Below are positions 36,535 through 46,083 of a DNA stretch of 64,000 nt, piece after piece. The stretch lies in NCBI GenBank assembly GCA_903831045.1, contig CAIKWG010000045.1:3088-67087 (forward strand). The letters are read 5' to 3'. The first letter of the stretch is position 1. Each line of letters opens with the position of its first letter. The stretch comes from an uncultured archaeon (GTDB lineage: Archaea > Nanobdellota > Nanobdellia > Pacearchaeales > GW2011-AR1). The translations under genes were made by a program, and so were the position numbers. The notes beneath the pieces were generated by a model, which did not search any database, was not told where the DNA came from, and worked only from the letters and a program-made list of their open reading frames with translations.

Positions 36535-37116
36535 ATGGAATTTAAAGGGAGTGAGACAGAAAAAAATTTATTAAAATCTTTTGCTGGAGAAAGCCAAGCA
36601 AGAAATAGATATACATATTTTGCATCTGTCGCTAAAAAAGAAGGCTATGAACAAATATCTGCAATATTTTTAGAAACAGCAGATAATGAAAAGGAACATG
36701 CAAAAATATTTTTTCAGTATTTAGCTAAATCCGAGGGAAAACCAGTAGAAATAACTGCAAGTTATCCAGCAGGAAAAATAAGCAAAACACAAGAACATCT
36801 TTTGGCAGCTGCAAATGGAGAATTAGAAGAACATTCTAAATTATATCCTGAATTTGAAAGAATAGCAAGAAAAGAAGGATTTAAGGAAGTTGCAGATTCA
36901 TTCAAGGAAATTGCAGAAGTTGAAGAACAGCACGAAAAGAGATATAGAAAATTATTAAAAAATATTAAAGAAGGAAAAGTTTTCAAAAAAGATAAAGTTG
37001 TAAGGTGGAAGTGTAGAAATTGTGGTTATGTTCATGAAGGCAAAGAAGCTCCAAAAAATTGTCCTGCATGTAAACACCCTCAAGCATACTATGAAGTTCT
37101 AGAGGAGAATTATTAG
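36535..37116 (+). CDS. rbr: Rubrerythrin
   Basis: Ferritin-like diiron 'ETADNEKEHAK' and 'EVEEQHEKRY', plus a C-terminal rubredoxin 'CRNCGY...CPACKHP'. Confidence 0.9.
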   Translation: MEFKGSETEKNLLKSFAGESQARNRYTYFASVAKKEGYEQISAIFLETADNEKEHAKIFFQYLAKSEGKPVEITASYPAGKISKTQEHLLAAANGELEEHSKLYPEFERIARKEGFKEVADSFKEIAEVEEQHEKRYRKLLKNIKEGKVFKKDKVVRWKCRNCGYVHEGKEAPKNCPACKHPQAYYEVLEENY

Positions 37117-37377
37117 ATGCCAATAGTTATCTGCCAAAGCTGCGGAATGCCTTTAACAAATGAGCAAAATAAGGGCACAAATGAAAATAAAACATTAAAC
37201 GATGAATTCTGTAAATTTTGTTTCCAAGATGGAACTTTTGTCCATCCAGAAAGAACAATGGAAGATCAAATAGAAATAGGCGTTGAAATGTCTAAAAAAC
37301 TTTGGATGCCAGAAGATAAGGCAAGAGAAATTGCGTTTGAAACAATTCCAAAATTAAAAAGGTGGCAAGAACAATAA
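37117..37377 (+). CDS. Putative zinc-ribbon domain protein
   Basis: 'CQSCGMPL...[11 protein letters not shown]' four-Cys pattern. Lies between rbr and dfx with no gaps. Confidence 0.5.
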   Translation: MPIVICQSCGMPLTNEQNKGTNENKTLNDEFCKFCFQDGTFVHPERTMEDQIEIGVEMSKKLWMPEDKAREIAFETIPKLKRWQEQ

Positions 37378-37736
37378 TGACAAATCAAGAAGAAGTTTAC
37401 AAATGTGAAATCTGTGGAAATATTGTAGAAGTTCTGCATGAAGCAGGAGGACAATTAGTTTGCTGCGGCCAATCAATGAAACTTCAAAAAGAGAATACTG
37501 TTGAAGCTTCAAAAGAAAAACATATTCCAATCATCAAAGGAAAAAAAGTATTGGTTGGAGAAATTGCACATCCAATGGAAGAAGGACATTATATTGAGTG
37601 GATTGAAGCAACCGACGGGAAACAGACAATAAGAATTTTTCTAAAACCAAAGCAAAAGCCAGAAGCCGAATTTTGTTTTAAACCAAAATCAGCAAGAACA
37701 TACTGTAATCTTCACGGACTTTGGAAGAGTCGATAA
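37377..37736 (+). CDS. dfx: Desulfoferrodoxin (2Fe superoxide reductase)
   Basis: ATG at 37377 overlaps the upstream stop (TAATG). Desulforedoxin '[12 protein letters not shown]...CCG' and SOR centre 'KHIPI', '[13 protein letters not shown]', 'CNLHGLW'. Confidence 0.85.
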   Translation: MTNQEEVYKCEICGNIVEVLHEAGGQLVCCGQSMKLQKENTVEASKEKHIPIIKGKKVLVGEIAHPMEEGHYIEWIEATDGKQTIRIFLKPKQKPEAEFCFKPKSARTYCNLHGLWKSR

Positions 37737-37740
37737 AAAA

Positions 37741-38976
37741 TTATTTTGAACTAAGATCACTTAACTTTCTAACCGTTATTGCTTGTTTATATTCGTCCAG
37801 AGTAGGAGTCCCTTCTTTTAATCCCTCTTTGATTAATCTAGCCCCACAAATTCTTTCAGCATATCCACAAACATCTTTTATATTTCTTCCAGAAAAATCA
37901 TCTGTATCTTTAGCTAATTTTTCTAAAGATTTTTTATCTAATTGTTTTGCATAGGTTTCAAAAATAAGTCCTCTTTCATCAATAGTAGGAAGAGGGAAGT
38001 AAATCATAGTATCAAATCTGCTAAGTAATGCTGGGTCTATTATAGGCTTTCTGTTTGTAGCTCCAAGCAAAAGACTTTTTCCTTTAGCTTCTATTCCATC
38101 AGTTTTTTTTAAAATAACTGAAAGAACTCTTTTAGAAGATTCATTGGAATCTCCTCCATCTCTGTCTTCGGATATAGCATCAATTTCATCAATAAACAAA
38201 ATTGAACGAGGATACAAATCTGCTGCTTCAAAGATACCTGCCATTCTGTTTTCACTTTCACTGTACCATTTACTCAAAAAAGCTTTAAGTGGAACATAAA
38301 TAAACGGAACATTTATTTGTCCTGCAATAACTTTTGCAGAAACAGTTTTACAAGTTCCAGGAGGACCATAAAATAAAACAGCCTTAGGTAAATTTGATTC
38401 TTGCATTTTTCTAGTTTTATCTGTGATTCCGTTAAAAATTTCAGGGTTAGTAAACGGCAGAAGCACGTTTTCTTGAAGTTGCTTTTTTATCTCATCATAT
38501 CCGGCAATAGAATCCCAAGTTAACTCTTTACGAGGTAGATAAATTGAAGCTCCAAACTCTTCTAGAAGTTTTTTTGGATCTTTAACTTCATTTTTAACAT
38601 TTAGTTCAGCATATAAACTTAAAATAGTATCCAGTTCTTCCTTAGATATTTTTCCAAATTTGTTATAAGTAACTGCATGAACAGGACCTTCATAAAAACT
38701 AACTGAAAAATTAAGAGAAGGATCTTCTAATGTAAAGGAAATTCCAGGAGCTCTTCTTGCTTCAAGTCTAGAACTATGTTGAGTAAATTTTTGTTGTATA
38801 TCATAAAGATCAATTTCTTTTTTTATAGGAAAATAAAAGGTGATAGTTTCATCTTTATCCCCCCTGCTAACCCTTCTATCAATACTCCATTCAGATAAAG
38901 AACCACATTTATCCTCAAGATCCTTCATGAAGTTATCTGTATACTCCTTAGCTTGCAGGAAATTATATTCTGTCAT
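37741..38976 (-). CDS. Single-domain AAA+ ATPase with unassigned N-terminal domain
   Basis: 'LFYGPPGTCKT' and 'ILFIDEIDA'. I prefer the ATG at 38976, because the track start at 39048 would lie only 6 bp from the divergent lig ATG. Confidence 0.6.
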   Translation of the reverse strand: MTEYNFLQAKEYTDNFMKDLEDKCGSLSEWSIDRRVSRGDKDETITFYFPIKKEIDLYDIQQKFTQHSSRLEARRAPGISFTLEDPSLNFSVSFYEGPVHAVTYNKFGKISKEELDTILSLYAELNVKNEVKDPKKLLEEFGASIYLPRKELTWDSIAGYDEIKKQLQENVLLPFTNPEIFNGITDKTRKMQESNLPKAVLFYGPPGTCKTVSAKVIAGQINVPFIYVPLKAFLSKWYSESENRMAGIFEAADLYPRSILFIDEIDAISEDRDGGDSNESSKRVLSVILKKTDGIEAKGKSLLLGATNRKPIIDPALLSRFDTMIYFPLPTIDERGLIFETYAKQLDKKSLEKLAKDTDDFSGRNIKDVCGYAERICGARLIKEGLKEGTPTLDEYKQAITVRKLSDLSSK

Positions 38977-39054
38977 TGAAAAATGAATACAATTAACCTT
39001 TTTAAACATTTTGAATAGAATTATACTTAAAAACTCTTTCTCCTTCATTTCTTC

Positions 39055-40767
39055 ATGCTCTATAAAACACTTGCAGAAACCTATGAAAAACTTTCTTCTA
39101 CAACCAAGCGTTTAGAGAAAATAGATATCCTTGCGGAATTCCTAGAAAAAGTTTCAGAAAAAGATGGAGAACTTCTTTATCTTCTTCAGGGAGAAATTTA
39201 TCCAGAATATGACGAAAGAAAAATAGGCATTTCAAATCAGTTAGCAATCAAAGCACTTTCAAAGGCAACTGGCACTAATTCAAAAAAGATTATTCAAGAG
39301 TGGAAAAAAATAGGAGACCTCGGAGAAGTCGCAAGAAAATTAACAAAAACCAAATCCCAAACTACTCTTCAAACACATATTTTAACAACCCAAAAAGTAA
39401 TTGAAAATTTAAGAAAACTTCCAGACCTAGAAGGAAAAGGGACAGTGGATAAAAAAATATCTCTTATAACCGAATTACTAACCTCTGCATCTTCAATAGA
39501 GTCAATTTATCTGATGAGAACTCTAATTGGAGATTTAAGGATAGGTGTTCAAGAGTCAACAATAAAATACGCAATAATAAAAGCATTTTTTCCAAATGAA
39601 GAAAACGCAGATGAAATTGTTCAAAGAGCAATAGATAAATCAAATGATATTACAGAAATATTCCAATTAGCAAGAAAAAAGAAATTAAAAGAATTAGAAA
39701 ATATCTCTCTAGAAGTAGGAAAACCAATTAAAGCAATGCTTGCACAAAAAGCAGCTTCAATAGAACAAGCATTTGAAGCACTGGGAAAACCCATGGCAGT
39801 GGAATATAAATATGATGGATTTAGATTATTAATCCACAAGAATAAAGATAAAATAATTTTATTCACAAGAAGATTAGAAAATGTAACTAAACAATTTCCA
39901 GAGGTAGTAGATTATATTAAGGAATATATTGGGGGAGAGTCTTTTATTCTAGATTCAGAAGCGGTAGGATTTGATAGGAAAACAAAGCAATATACCGGAT
40001 TCCAAGCAATATCTCAAAGAATAAGAAGGAAATACGATATTGAAAAGGTACAAGACAAACTTCCAGTAGAAGTAAATATTTTTGATATTTTATATTATAA
40101 CGGAAAATCCCAACTGGATAAACCCTTTGAAGAAAGAACACAGTTAGTCAGAAAAATAATTACTAATCATCCATACAAGATAATAGCCTCAAAAATGATT
40201 ATTACTTCTGATGAAAAAGAAGTAAACAAATTTTACAAAGAAGCCCTTGCAAATAATCAAGAGGGAGTAATGCTCAAAAATCTTAAAGCAGAATATAAAC
40301 CCGGAAGAAGAGTAGGAAATATGCTTAAACTGAAACCTGAACAGAGAGATTTTGATTTGGTAATTACAGGTGCAGAATGGGGATCGGGTAAACGTTCAGG
40401 ATGGCTTTCATCTTTCAACCTTTCATGTAAATCAGGAAAAGAATTTTTAGAAATTGGAAAAGTAGGAACAGGAATTTCAGAAAAAGAAACAGAAGACAAT
40501 AAGATAACTTTCCAAACTCTAACCGAATTGCTAAAACCTCACATCATAGCAGAAAAAGGAAAAGAAGTTACAATAAAACCAAAAGTTATTGTATCAGTAA
40601 CCTATCAAGAAATTCAAAAATCTCCTAATTACAAATCAGGAGTTGCGCTAAGATTCCCAAGATTTGTAGCCCTAAGAGAAGACAAACCTCTTGCAGAAAT
40701 AACAACTCTAGAAGATATAGAAGCTGAATTAGGCTCTCAAAGAAAAGAAAGTTGGAAGTATGGATAA
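39055..40767 (+). CDS. lig: ATP-dependent DNA ligase
   Basis: Adenylation motif 'EYKYDGFR', then 'LDSEAV', 'EGVMLK' and 'LKLK'; 570 aa. Confidence 0.9.
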   Translation: MLYKTLAETYEKLSSTTKRLEKIDILAEFLEKVSEKDGELLYLLQGEIYPEYDERKIGISNQLAIKALSKATGTNSKKIIQEWKKIGDLGEVARKLTKTKSQTTLQTHILTTQKVIENLRKLPDLEGKGTVDKKISLITELLTSASSIESIYLMRTLIGDLRIGVQESTIKYAIIKAFFPNEENADEIVQRAIDKSNDITEIFQLARKKKLKELENISLEVGKPIKAMLAQKAASIEQAFEALGKPMAVEYKYDGFRLLIHKNKDKIILFTRRLENVTKQFPEVVDYIKEYIGGESFILDSEAVGFDRKTKQYTGFQAISQRIRRKYDIEKVQDKLPVEVNIFDILYYNGKSQLDKPFEERTQLVRKIITNHPYKIIASKMIITSDEKEVNKFYKEALANNQEGVMLKNLKAEYKPGRRVGNMLKLKPEQRDFDLVITGAEWGSGKRSGWLSSFNLSCKSGKEFLEIGKVGTGISEKETEDNKITFQTLTELLKPHIIAEKGKEVTIKPKVIVSVTYQEIQKSPNYKSGVALRFPRFVALREDKPLAEITTLEDIEAELGSQRKESWKYG

Positions 40768-41145
40768 TTATTCATTTAATTTAAAATAATCATCAAATGT
40801 TTTAGGTATTTCCTCAATACCTACTGGCTTTACCATCCACTTTAAGATTCCTGGAACCCATCCAGATTTCAAAAGAGATTCAGGAGAATCATAACCGCTC
40901 AAAACAATAATTGGAGCACTTGGATTATAACCTTTAGAGATAGTAATTAAATTAAAAACAGAATAATCTTCATTTTCATATTTGGCATCAAAAATAGCTG
41001 CATCATAATCTGCAGATTCATCCATATATTTATGAGCTTCATGAGGAGATGCAAAGGATTTAACCGAATATCCTTGATCACATAATGCATTTTTTAGGAA
41101 TCTTCTTAATATTGCATCATCTTCTACTAACAAAATCTTTCTTAA
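40768..41145 (-). CDS. Stand-alone response-regulator receiver domain (CheY-like)
   Basis: ATG at 41145 gives 'MLRKILLVEDD'. 'AAIFDAKY' is the putative phospho-Asp site; 'VLSG' and 'VKPV' supply the conserved T/S and K. Confidence 0.65.
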   Translation of the reverse strand, partial: LRKILLVEDDAILRRFLKNALCDQGYSVKSFASPHEAHKYMDESADYDAAIFDAKYENEDYSVFNLITISKGYNPSAPIIVLSGYDSPESLLKSGWVPGILKWMVKPVGIEEIPKTFDDYFKLNE

Positions 41146-41229
41146 CATAAAACAAACTTTCCAAAGAACTTTATAAAACTTCCTTTCTAGCCCAATAAAA
41201 TCTATAAACTTCAACCTACTAAAAAATCA

Positions 41230-42312
41230 ATGCAAGAACCAAGAAATTACCTCTCAGTTGCATTAAAATTAATTTTAATTTTGTCAATTCTCAGTTCAAT
41301 TTATTACCAACTCTGGCATCTTCTTTCAGCAAATGTATTTCTCCTAATTTTAATATTTATTCCAGATATTTTAAAGAGTTCATCAAAAGTAGTTTTTCCA
41401 AAAGAATTTGAATGGACCCTAATGATATTTATTGTTCTCACAATAATCTTTGGAAGAACAAAAGGAATAATTGCTCCTATAGCCTTTGGAATAGGAATTT
41501 CATTTATTGGATTTATAATGTCAATGATATTATATTCAACAAATAGAGTTAAGCAAAACAGATTCTTGATTACAATTTTTTCTTTTAGTCTAGCAGTAAC
41601 TTTCGGAGCAACAATAGAACTTGTAAAGTATTATCTTAAATTAGCCCTAGGTCAACCAATCACCACAAGCGTTTATACTTTTTCAATGTCTACTCTAACC
41701 TATGTAATTGCAGGAGCTCTGCTATCCTCCCTTGTAGGTTATTTTTACATGAAAACTGAATTGACTCCAATAAAAAAGCTAGTAAATAAATTCAAATCCA
41801 AGAATCCAGATATTTTTGAAAGAGAAACAGATGAAAAAGAGTTAGAAGAATTGATCAAAAAAGGAGAAAATGAAAAATTAGAATTTAAATCAACACTAAG
41901 AACAAATTTGCATACAAATCAACCAGATAGAAAAATAGAACATTCCGTTCTAAAAACAATTGCAGCTTTCCTAAATTCCAAAGGTGGAGAACTAATCGTT
42001 GGAGTTGAGGACAATGGAGAAATTTTAGGAATAGAAAAAGACAATTTTGAAAATGTAGACAAATTCAATCTTCATCTAATGAATCTAATTAAACAAAGAA
42101 TAGGAAAGAAACATTTAGAATTAATTAAAGTAGAAACACTAGAAATTCAAAATAAAAAACTAATCAAAATAGAATGCAAGCCATCAAATAAACCAGTTTT
42201 CCTTTCTCAAGATGACCAGGAAGAATTTTATATAAGAATTGGACCTTCAACAGTACTGGTTATAGGAAGCGAATTGATAGAATACGTTAAAAAAAGATTT
42301 GAAAAAAAGTGA
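41230..42312 (+). CDS. Membrane protein with C-terminal AlbA_2/Schlafen-type putative DNA-binding domain
   Basis: About 6 TM segments in the N-terminal half. C-terminal 'GENEKLEFKSTL...AAFLNSKGGELIVGVEDNGEILG' is typical of the AlbA_2 domain. Confidence 0.55.
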   Translation: MQEPRNYLSVALKLILILSILSSIYYQLWHLLSANVFLLILIFIPDILKSSSKVVFPKEFEWTLMIFIVLTIIFGRTKGIIAPIAFGIGISFIGFIMSMILYSTNRVKQNRFLITIFSFSLAVTFGATIELVKYYLKLALGQPITTSVYTFSMSTLTYVIAGALLSSLVGYFYMKTELTPIKKLVNKFKSKNPDIFERETDEKELEELIKKGENEKLEFKSTLRTNLHTNQPDRKIEHSVLKTIAAFLNSKGGELIVGVEDNGEILGIEKDNFENVDKFNLHLMNLIKQRIGKKHLELIKVETLEIQNKKLIKIECKPSNKPVFLSQDDQEEFYIRIGPSTVLVIGSELIEYVKKRFEKK

Positions 42313-42320
42313 AATTATTT

Positions 42321-42617
42321 TTATTCTTTTCCAAATTCAAAATTAGTTACATTAAATTCAACTCTGCTGGAATTCCAAGAGCACTGACTTTCCAATCCTC
42401 TTTCTGTTTCCACTAGATGATGCAATTGACAAGAATAAGAAGGAAAATCCTCATCAAAGAACATACCAATTCTTTGTTTACAGATAACTGAACCAGGTTT
42501 GTAAATATCCCCACCAACAGTTAATTCATTAGATAAAATTCTAGAATAAGGACATCCAAAAGAAGCAACTTTTAAGTTTTCTATATATTCTTTTAATGCA
42601 TTATCTCCAGTGCTCAT
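42321..42617 (-). CDS. Hypothetical Cys-containing protein with 'GCPYS' motif
   Basis: ATG at 42617 (track start is TTG). 'SFGCPYSRIL...VIC' loosely parallels the CPYS mini-proteins at 10942-11600. Confidence 0.35.
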   Translation of the reverse strand: MSTGDNALKEYIENLKVASFGCPYSRILSNELTVGGDIYKPGSVICKQRIGMFFDEDFPSYSCQLHHLVETERGLESQCSWNSSRVEFNVTNFEFGKE

Positions 42618-42700
42618 AAAAAAATTTACAAGATTCTTGTTTATAATAATATCTAGTATAGAAAATATACAATAAAATAAAGGTTTTTGCTCCAAAAACC

Positions 42701-42708
42701 TTTATAAA
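42701..42708 (+). promoter_or_regulatory. TATA-like box upstream of tbp
   Basis: 'aaaaaccTTTATAAAcccc' is centred about 28 nt upstream of the ATG at 42733. Confidence 0.4.
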
Positions 42709-42732
42709 CCCCGTATTTCTTTATAAAGGATA

Positions 42733-43320
42733 ATGGTAGCATCAAAATCTAAAGAGACCAAATCAAAAAAAGATTCTGAGTATAAAATTCAAAATATTGT
42801 AGCAACTACTTCTCTTGAGAAACCAGTTCCATTAACAAAGCTTGCAAGAACTCAACCCAATACCGAATATAACCCAGAGACATTTCCAGGATTAGTTCTA
42901 AGAATTAAGGAACCAAAATCTGCAGTGTTAGTATTCTCATCAGGAAATTTAGTATGCACAGGAACAAAATCTGTTGCTCAAGTTAGAAAAGTTATTGATG
43001 AAGTAATTAAACAATTAAAAAAGATAAATGTTAACGTAACAATAACTCCAAAAATTACAGTTCAAAATATTGTTGCTTCAGGTACAATTAATCTAAAGTT
43101 AAACCTAAACTTTTTAGCTCTAGAAATGGAAAACACAGAATATGAACCAGAGCAATTTCCAGGTTTAGTTTACAAATTAGAAGAACCAAATGCAACATTC
43201 CTTCTTTTCTCAAATGGTAAGCTTGTTTGTACAGGAACAAAGAATAAAGAACAATTAGAAGAAAGTATGGACCAACTTCTAAAGAACGTTAAAACTGCTC
43301 TTAAGAATTATAATAAGTAA
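42733..43320 (+). CDS. tbp: TATA-box binding protein
   Basis: Two direct repeats: 'IQNIVAT...FPGLVLRI...LVFSSGNLVCTG' and 'VQNIVAS...FPGLVYKL...LLFSNGKLVCTG'. Confidence 0.95.
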   Translation: MVASKSKETKSKKDSEYKIQNIVATTSLEKPVPLTKLARTQPNTEYNPETFPGLVLRIKEPKSAVLVFSSGNLVCTGTKSVAQVRKVIDEVIKQLKKINVNVTITPKITVQNIVASGTINLKLNLNFLALEMENTEYEPEQFPGLVYKLEEPNATFLLFSNGKLVCTGTKNKEQLEESMDQLLKNVKTALKNYNK

Positions 43321-43359
43321 ATTTTATAAATTCTCAACAATCTCTCTTTTTGATTAAAA

Positions 43360-43923
43360 ATGAAGAAACTAACTTCAATTTTATTAGCAATCCCTCTGGC
43401 CCTTGGCTTATCCTATTCTCAAGAGATACCAAAAACAATTACAAAAAATCCCCCTTTCTTTGAAAACGCAAAAGAAATAAGAATAAATACAGAATATATC
43501 AGAACTTTTTACAACGGGATTTATAATGGAGGAGGTTATGGCCCAGGGCTATTAGATTATGCAAAAGAAGTTCAAAAAGACTCAACCAAAGCAAGAGAAT
43601 TAATGCCAGCTCGGATAGTCTCTTACTATTTACTAACAAAAACCGGAAAAGATACAATAATTCTGGATGTGAATAATGAAAATTTTTCTCCCCATTATTT
43701 TAGCCCAGGAGTTTATTCCAAGGGTGATGCTTCAACACTTATCTATCTAAGAGATTCTTTACATCCAAGAGTAGTATTGAGTATAGTCAAAGCTTTAGTA
43801 AATGAAAAGGGAGACACTCTAAGTCTAATAAAATGGAAAAATGCTTGGAGTCCATCAAAATATTACTCAAAATATGGCTTAGAAGGAGTGAATAAACCAT
43901 CTCAGATAAGAAGAATCAGATAA
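43360..43923 (+). CDS. Secreted hypothetical protein
   Basis: Signal-peptide-like 'MKKLTSILLAIPLALGLSYSQ'. No other motif. Confidence 0.4.
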   Translation: MKKLTSILLAIPLALGLSYSQEIPKTITKNPPFFENAKEIRINTEYIRTFYNGIYNGGGYGPGLLDYAKEVQKDSTKARELMPARIVSYYLLTKTGKDTIILDVNNENFSPHYFSPGVYSKGDASTLIYLRDSLHPRVVLSIVKALVNEKGDTLSLIKWKNAWSPSKYYSKYGLEGVNKPSQIRRIR

Positions 43924-43954
43924 TCTGAAAAACTACTTTTCAATTCATATAAAT

Positions 43955-43963
43955 CTATAAAAA
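43955..43963 (+). promoter_or_regulatory. TATA-like box upstream of mcm
   Basis: 'ctataaaaaccc' is centred about 26 nt upstream of the ATG at 43985. Confidence 0.4.
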
Positions 43964-43984
43964 CCCAATGAACCTCAATTTCTC

Positions 43985-46039
43985 ATGGAAGAGGAATTTG
44001 AGTTAACAGGAGAGGATAGAAACAAAGAGCCATCTTCAAAGCAGGAAGAATTGATTAATGATGCAAAAGGATTTATTGATTTTTCAAAGAAAAATCTAGC
44101 CCATTATTTTAGAAACGAAAATAACGTGGTTTTTATTGATTTTCAACAGTTGGCAGAATACTCAAGTACGCTTTCTGATGAAGTTTTAAAGAACCCAGAT
44201 GAAGTTTTACGTTACATTGAGCTAGCAATCGAAGAAATGGGCTTGGCTTCAAACGTAAGAGTAAGACTCTACAATCTTTTTGAAAGTCAAGAAGTAAGAA
44301 TTAGAAACATAAGATCAAAACACCTAAATGAACTAATTGTAGTTGAAGGAATTATTAGACAAGCTTCCGATGTAAGACCCCAAGTAGTAAATGCGAAGTT
44401 TGAATGTCCGAGTTGTGCCACAGTTATTTCTGTTTTACAAATTGAAAAAAAGTTTAGAGAACCAACCAGGTGTTCCTGTGGAAGAAGGGGAGGATTCAGA
44501 TTAATATCAAAAGAGATGGTAGACACCCAAAGATTAATTGTTGAAGAAGCACCAGATATGATTTCAGGAGGAGAGCAACCAAAAAGAATTAATGTTTTTG
44601 TTAAAGAAGATTTGGTGGAACCACGAATGGAAGATAAAACAACTCCAGGTTCTAGAGTAAAAGTTATTGGAGTTCTAAAAGAAGTTCCCGTTCCCCTAAC
44701 AACTGGAGGATTGTCAACTAGATTCGATTTAGCTGTAGAAGTAAATAATCTTATTCCACTGGAAGAAACTTTTGAAGAGTTAGATATTACCGAAGAAGAT
44801 GAAAAGCAAATTCAAGAACTGGCTGCAGACCCATTGATATTTGAAAAATTAAGTCAAAGTATTGCTCCAAGTGTTTTTGGATATAAAGAAATTAAAGAAT
44901 CTTTAGTTTTGCAATTATTTGGAGGAGTTCAAAAACAAATGATGGAAGGACAAAAAACAAGAGGAGATATTCACATATTAATGATTGGTGACCCCGGTGT
45001 AGCAAAATCTGTAATCCTTGGATTCATGGCAAGTATTTCTCCGAAAGGAAGATATGTTGTAGGAAAATCCACATCGGGTGCAGGATTGACAGCAACAGTT
45101 GTAAGAGATGAATACCTCAAGGGTTGGTCTTTAGAAGCAGGAGCGATGGTTCTAGCAAACAAGGGACTAGTTTGTATTGATGAATTAGAAAAAATGGACC
45201 CGCAAGATAGGTCAGCCATGCATGAAGCAATGGAACAGCAAACAGTTACAATTTCAAAAGCAAATGTTCAAGCAACTTTGAAAGCTCAAACTTCAGTTCT
45301 TGCAGCGGCAAATCCAAAATTTGGAAGATTCGATCCAACTCAAGGAATCCCACAACAAATAGATTTACCTCCTGCATTGATTAACAGATTTGATGTTATT
45401 TTTACGATGAGAGATGTACCAAACAAGGCCCATGATGAAAGAGTTGCTACACATATTTTAGATGAACACAAGACAGTAGCAAAGCAGATGATAATTGAAA
45501 GAGAAATTTTTAGGAAATATGTTGCCCATGCAAAACAGAAAGTTAAACCAAAATTATCAGAAATTGCGATTAAGACAATGAAAGATTTTTATGTGGGACT
45601 TAGAAACAGACCGATGTTAGAAGGACAAGAAATGAGAACAATTCCTATTTCTGCAAGACAATTAAATTCTCTTATCAGAATGGCAGAGGCTTCAGCAAAA
45701 TTAAGATTATCCGAAGAAGTAACTGAGAAAGATGCTGAAAAAGCAATCAATCTAATGAAATATTATTTAGAACAAGCAGGCTATGATGAAGAAACAGGTC
45801 AGATTGATCTAGATAAAATTTCTGGAAAGATAAGATCTTCTCAAAGAAATAAAATATATTTAGTGCGAGACACCATTAATGAGCTAAGGGGAGAAATCGG
45901 AGAACAGATACCTGTAGAAAAAATAGAAGAAGCACTGAAAGACAAAATGAATACTGATGAAATTGAAGAAGCCTTGGAGAGGTTAGCAAAAGAGGGTAAT
46001 CTTTTTAGACCTAGACACGGCTATGTCCAAAAAACATAA
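43985..46039 (+). CDS. mcm: MCM replicative helicase
   Basis: Zinc motif 'CPSC...CSCG', Walker A 'IGDPGVAKS', Walker B 'VCIDELEKM', 'SARQLNSLIRMAEA', and a C-terminal wHTH. Confidence 0.95.
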   Translation: MEEEFELTGEDRNKEPSSKQEELINDAKGFIDFSKKNLAHYFRNENNVVFIDFQQLAEYSSTLSDEVLKNPDEVLRYIELAIEEMGLASNVRVRLYNLFESQEVRIRNIRSKHLNELIVVEGIIRQASDVRPQVVNAKFECPSCATVISVLQIEKKFREPTRCSCGRRGGFRLISKEMVDTQRLIVEEAPDMISGGEQPKRINVFVKEDLVEPRMEDKTTPGSRVKVIGVLKEVPVPLTTGGLSTRFDLAVEVNNLIPLEETFEELDITEEDEKQIQELAADPLIFEKLSQSIAPSVFGYKEIKESLVLQLFGGVQKQMMEGQKTRGDIHILMIGDPGVAKSVILGFMASISPKGRYVVGKSTSGAGLTATVVRDEYLKGWSLEAGAMVLANKGLVCIDELEKMDPQDRSAMHEAMEQQTVTISKANVQATLKAQTSVLAAANPKFGRFDPTQGIPQQIDLPPALINRFDVIFTMRDVPNKAHDERVATHILDEHKTVAKQMIIEREIFRKYVAHAKQKVKPKLSEIAIKTMKDFYVGLRNRPMLEGQEMRTIPISARQLNSLIRMAEASAKLRLSEEVTEKDAEKAINLMKYYLEQAGYDEETGQIDLDKISGKIRSSQRNKIYLVRDTINELRGEIGEQIPVEKIEEALKDKMNTDEIEEALERLAKEGNLFRPRHGYVQKT

Positions 46040-46083
46040 ACTCGCACATAAATATTTAAAAATCTTCAGTTCTTCCCAAAACC

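Noticed and set aside
39048-39048. Track start codon of the AAA ATPase, 6 bp from the divergent lig ATG
   Set aside because: This leaves no room for two promoters. The first 24 codons are hydrophobic or low-information. The ATG at 38976 is preferred but unproven.
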